Shown one piece after another: positions 60,886 through 64,000 of a DNA stretch of 64,000 nt. Both the position numbers and the translations under genes were made by a program. The number at the start of each line of letters is the position of its first letter. Position 1 is the first letter of the stretch. Under the pieces are notes generated by a model. That model saw only the letters and a program-made list of their open reading frames with translations, ran no database searches and was not told where the DNA came from. This DNA comes from an uncultured delta proteobacterium (GTDB lineage: Bacteria; Desulfobacterota; Desulfobacteria; Desulfobacterales; Desulfatirhabdiaceae), in contig CAWBKP010000020.1 in the NCBI GenBank assembly GCA_963789395.1, positions 167,882 through 231,881 on the forward strand, given 5' to 3'.

Positions 60886-61410
60886 TCATGTGTCAGCATC
60901 TGCCAACAGTCTTTCAACCTGCCTTTGGTGGTAATCGAAATGAGAAATGGCAAGGTCGAGTAGCTCCAGGGCAGGCATCGGTCCGGCAGCAGGATGGCTG
61001 AACATGACGGTGTCGCGGGTTTCCGGGCTTACAGTCTCCAGCAGATCCCTCAATAACCGCCTCTCCTTGTCCCATTGTTCAATCAGTTCCGGAAATGGGG
61101 TTTTCCCATCGGGTTCCAGGCTTTCATCCGGAACGCCCACGGGCACGTCCCTGTCCAAAATGTTCCGGACCACTTCGATAAGTTTACCCGGTTTGAGCTG
61201 ACCCCGCACCGGATTGTCGCGAAGCTCGCGTTCCGACAGCCGCATTCCCCGCTCGCCCAATACGACATGTTCTATCACCTGGAGCAGGCTCCAGTGGTCT
61301 TGGCCCGGTTTTCTTGTAAGCTGGTCATCATTCAAGGACCCCAATGCGGCGATCAAAGACCGGCGCCGGTCCTCCAGTTGATCAAAACGGAATTGAAGCT
61401 CGGTAAGCAT
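60886..61410 (-). CDS. DinB family protein
   Basis: WSLLQVIEH, HPAAG, HFDYH. Confidence 0.85.
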   Translation of the reverse strand: MLTELQFRFDQLEDRRRSLIAALGSLNDDQLTRKPGQDHWSLLQVIEHVVLGERGMRLSERELRDNPVRGQLKPGKLIEVVRNILDRDVPVGVPDESLEPDGKTPFPELIEQWDKERRLLRDLLETVSPETRDTVMFSHPAAGPMPALELLDLAISHFDYHQRQVERLLADADT

Positions 61411-61615
61411 CGGATTTCTCCCTGGTTTGAATTCCAAACACCGGGACAGTAAGGCTTTACGGGTGTCGGGTCGGTTTTTGGTGTGGATAAATTCCGGATT
61501 CAATCTGAAAATATACACACCAAGGAATATGTCAATAAAAATGGAGTCGAGAAGATTTCTTTCCAGTCCATCCGAACTGACGATACTGGGTTATTCAAAT
61601 AACAAGAACTACTTT

Positions 61616-62033
61616 GTGCGCCGTGCAAAGGCGCTGTTTTTCAGCGGGTGCAAATCTCGCCCGGCAACTTTCGCTCCGGCCGGTAGCAACTGGAGCAGTC
61701 GTGGAGGTAACCAAGCGGCCTGTATTACCATTGAAGTCGGGTAAGCCGATGGTGGGAAGGGGCCTCAGTTCAAGATTAACGCAACATGCGTTCCGGCTAA
61801 GTAGGCACTTATGCGACTATTTATTCAACTTGCCCGTTGTAAGAACAGCTGGTTATCAGGCAAACAACTCTGTTTTTGATTAAAAGTTGTAGGCACAAAT
61901 TCAATAATATATTCTTTTACAGCTGATTAATTTGCCGAAGTGGCCCCGTGACCTCCCGTGGACGAAAGCATGATGTCTTGTCCGAGAGTCGGATGCGGGA
62001 AATCCGATAGTCCTGGTTCGATGAGCGGGATGA
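61616..62033 (+). mobile_element. Degenerate, internally deleted group II intron remnant
   Basis: 5' GTGCG splice motif plus domain-I-like start; domain-III-like GAAGTCGGGTAAGCCGATGGTGGGAAGGGG; maturase-like tail LINLPKWPRDLPWTKA* (61923-61973); domain-V-like GAGTCGGATGCGGGAAATCCG..GGTTCGATGAG. Confidence 0.8.
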
Positions 62034-62357
62034 CGAGCAACAACACTTATTCTTTATTCCCATGTACCAGTTGAATACCGGTACCCGCATTTGTGATTTG
62101 CGATAATGAAACTTGACAATTCAATGTGTCATGCTGAATATGAAACAATCGCATTTGATAACCAATATCGATAAATATTATTTTATTTATGATGCATCTG
62201 CTCTTTTAAAATTTGAACAAATTGAGATCCGCATGCTTTTCTTTTAACCAGTTTGAATAAATCGCCTGAAGCATTTCTCCGATTTCCTAATAACGATTGT
62301 TGGGTGCTTAATCCATTGGGGTCTCAGTTCATATTATTTCAGGAAAGGGGGCTGAAA

Positions 62358-62673
62358 ATGTCAAACGCTCATGAGATTAGACAGACAAGTCGCTATACGA
62401 TAGAAGTGCCCATATTTTGCTCTTATTCTAATATGTCAGTCGGCACCAGCGCCAGGACCATCAACTTCAGTCAAGATGGCAGGTATTTTGTTTCAGACAT
62501 GGAATTTCAACCCGGCGCTACAGTGCTCATCCAGACTAAAAACGGCAGTCAACATCAGAAGAAAATTGAAAAAATCTGAAGGGCTGCGACAGACGACTGT
62601 AGCTAAAGTAATGTGGTGCAGGCAGTACACAGAAAATCCAACCTATTATCAAGTGTGGGTAAAGTATTATTAA
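62358..62673 (+). pseudogene. PilZ domain protein, frameshifted near 62560-62575
   Basis: RQTSR (RxxxR) and NFSQDG (NxSxxG); AKVMWC..Y..VKY in the adjacent frame. Confidence 0.7.
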
Positions 62674-62817
62674 CCATGGCACTGAACATAACGCGGATTC
62701 CTTCATGTCATCTTTGCTGTCTTGCTTTCATACTGATGTCTTCTTCCAACGTCAGCAGATTCGGCATGAAGGAATCAAATCCTGTGGTTTCAAATGGTTT
62801 GATTACAAAAATTCGGC

Positions 62818-63006
62818 ATGAGGTGGACTATAGATAAGCCCATTAAGCCAGGAGAAACTATTGAGGAAAAGGGGAGTGGATTCAAGTATAATCAGTTTAT
62901 CGATTCACACAACTGGGTTCTAAACACCCAAATTGCCAACCTGAAGGCAACCTTCACTGTAAGTAGTATTCTTTATCAAGACGGCACCCGAAGAGACTTC
63001 GAATGA
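62818..63006 (+). pseudogene. Probable C-terminal gene fragment
   Basis: Protein-like KYNQFIDSH..SILYQDG with no convincing start context. Confidence 0.35.
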
Positions 63007-63386
63007 AGATAGGATTTAAATATTGAATACCGACCAACTATAAGACGGCTTATAATTTTTACATACCGTGATTCCAAGAAGGGCTGCAACCGAAACAGTC
63101 GTTGCTTTTCGCTATAGATCAAAATTCTTGCGAATTAAGCCCAGTTTAGCCCATCACAGCGATATCCTTTTGAGCTTTTAAACTTTACAAGGGTAACTTG
63201 GCAGGGGTCTAAATCGATATGCTGGAATAACGCATCTGGCATTCATGAATAACAAGTCGATCAATTCTCCATAATTGATCAGGCAGATAATGCATCCTGA
63301 AGAGCCTGGCCAACAGCAGAGATATATAACCAATGATAAATCCATCATCCATAATGCACAGAAATCAACCTTTTTGAGACGAATAA

Positions 63387-64000
63387 ATGAGGAAAAAAGA
63401 CAAAACCGGCATCCTTGATGAATATCAGAAACTGAAGGATGAAATCGTCTTCGACAAAGTGAATGATATATTCCGTTCCAAGCCCAAAACTTCATCGCAG
63501 CCCTTAACGATATCGGCTTTGAATACCATGGTGATAAAGTTGATGAGGCAGAGATGGAAGAAAGGATTGCCAAACCGGAAAACCAGAACCAAAAGGAATT
63601 GGTTGCATATTTTGAAGGTGAACAGGATGTAACGGAATTGATCATGGAAATGTTCCTTGCAGAAAGAAACTCAAAGCATCCCAATTTCCCACTGCTCAGA
63701 ATATATTTCAGAAAAGCCAACCAGAACCTGAAGGCATTGCTCCTGTATTGCCTTGACCGTTATCCCACCAGAACTGATCTTTTAGCCGATCTGGTTTATT
63801 TTCATGAATTCGAAAATATATTGACCTTGCTCATCGAATATTTCATCCTGGCATGTGAAAAAGAGACGGACATGGAAAAATTTGCTGAGATAACTCAGGA
63901 TTTTTATTATTCCACAAGTCCTGACGGTTATGAAGCCTTGCTTGCCCTTCAGGATATATTCGAACCGGGTACGAATAAAAGGAAGGTCGTTGATTATTTG
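63387..64000 (+). CDS. Hypothetical protein, frameshift near 63487, runs off the window
   Basis: MRKKDK..FRSKPK continues in another frame as NFIAALNDIGFEY... open to 64000. Confidence 0.6.

Noticed and set aside
61614..61883. 89-aa ORF
   Set aside because: Overlies the group II intron RNA remnant
59626..63100. Integron cassette array
   Set aside because: Only vague AAC/GTT fragments; no paired attC boxes and no integrase
63178..63720. 180-aa minus-strand ORF
   Set aside because: Antisense to the frameshifted plus-strand hypothetical gene
1..64000. CRISPR array, tRNA or rRNA genes
   Set aside because: No regularly spaced repeats or tRNA/rRNA signatures recognised by eye

Overview
A 64 kb bacterial chromosomal segment with a sulfate-reducer/Desulfobacterota-type gene set (taxonomy inferred from gene content only). 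In order it contains: an SPFH/zinc-ribbon operon and cysK; a DUF1573-HAD-thiN operon whose first gene has an in-frame TGA at a Cys-equivalent position (candidate selenoprotein); two convergent two-component clusters; an MltD-type LysM lytic transglycosylase; a sigma54 module resembling Desulfovibrio DVU0145-0152 (truncated PEP-synthase-like dikinase, membrane-bound enhancer-binding protein, Usp, DVU0150-like peptide, TSUP transporter, DUF4881 lipoprotein) with two visible -24/-12 promoters; a nested MITE/REP-like repeat; a TPP-riboswitch-controlled thiCMED operon; a TetR-TolC-HlyD-DHA2 efflux operon; a plant-HPR1-like hydroxypyruvate reductase; PIN-PhoH; a Phd-VapC toxin-antitoxin pair; phoBR-pstSCAB-phoU; an orphan corrinoid protein with amidohydrolases; and an AT-richer right end with a decayed group II intron. 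Several genes carry single-base frameshifts, probably assembly errors. No rRNA, tRNA or CRISPR array was recognised. All family assignments are by eye from motifs; no searches were run.
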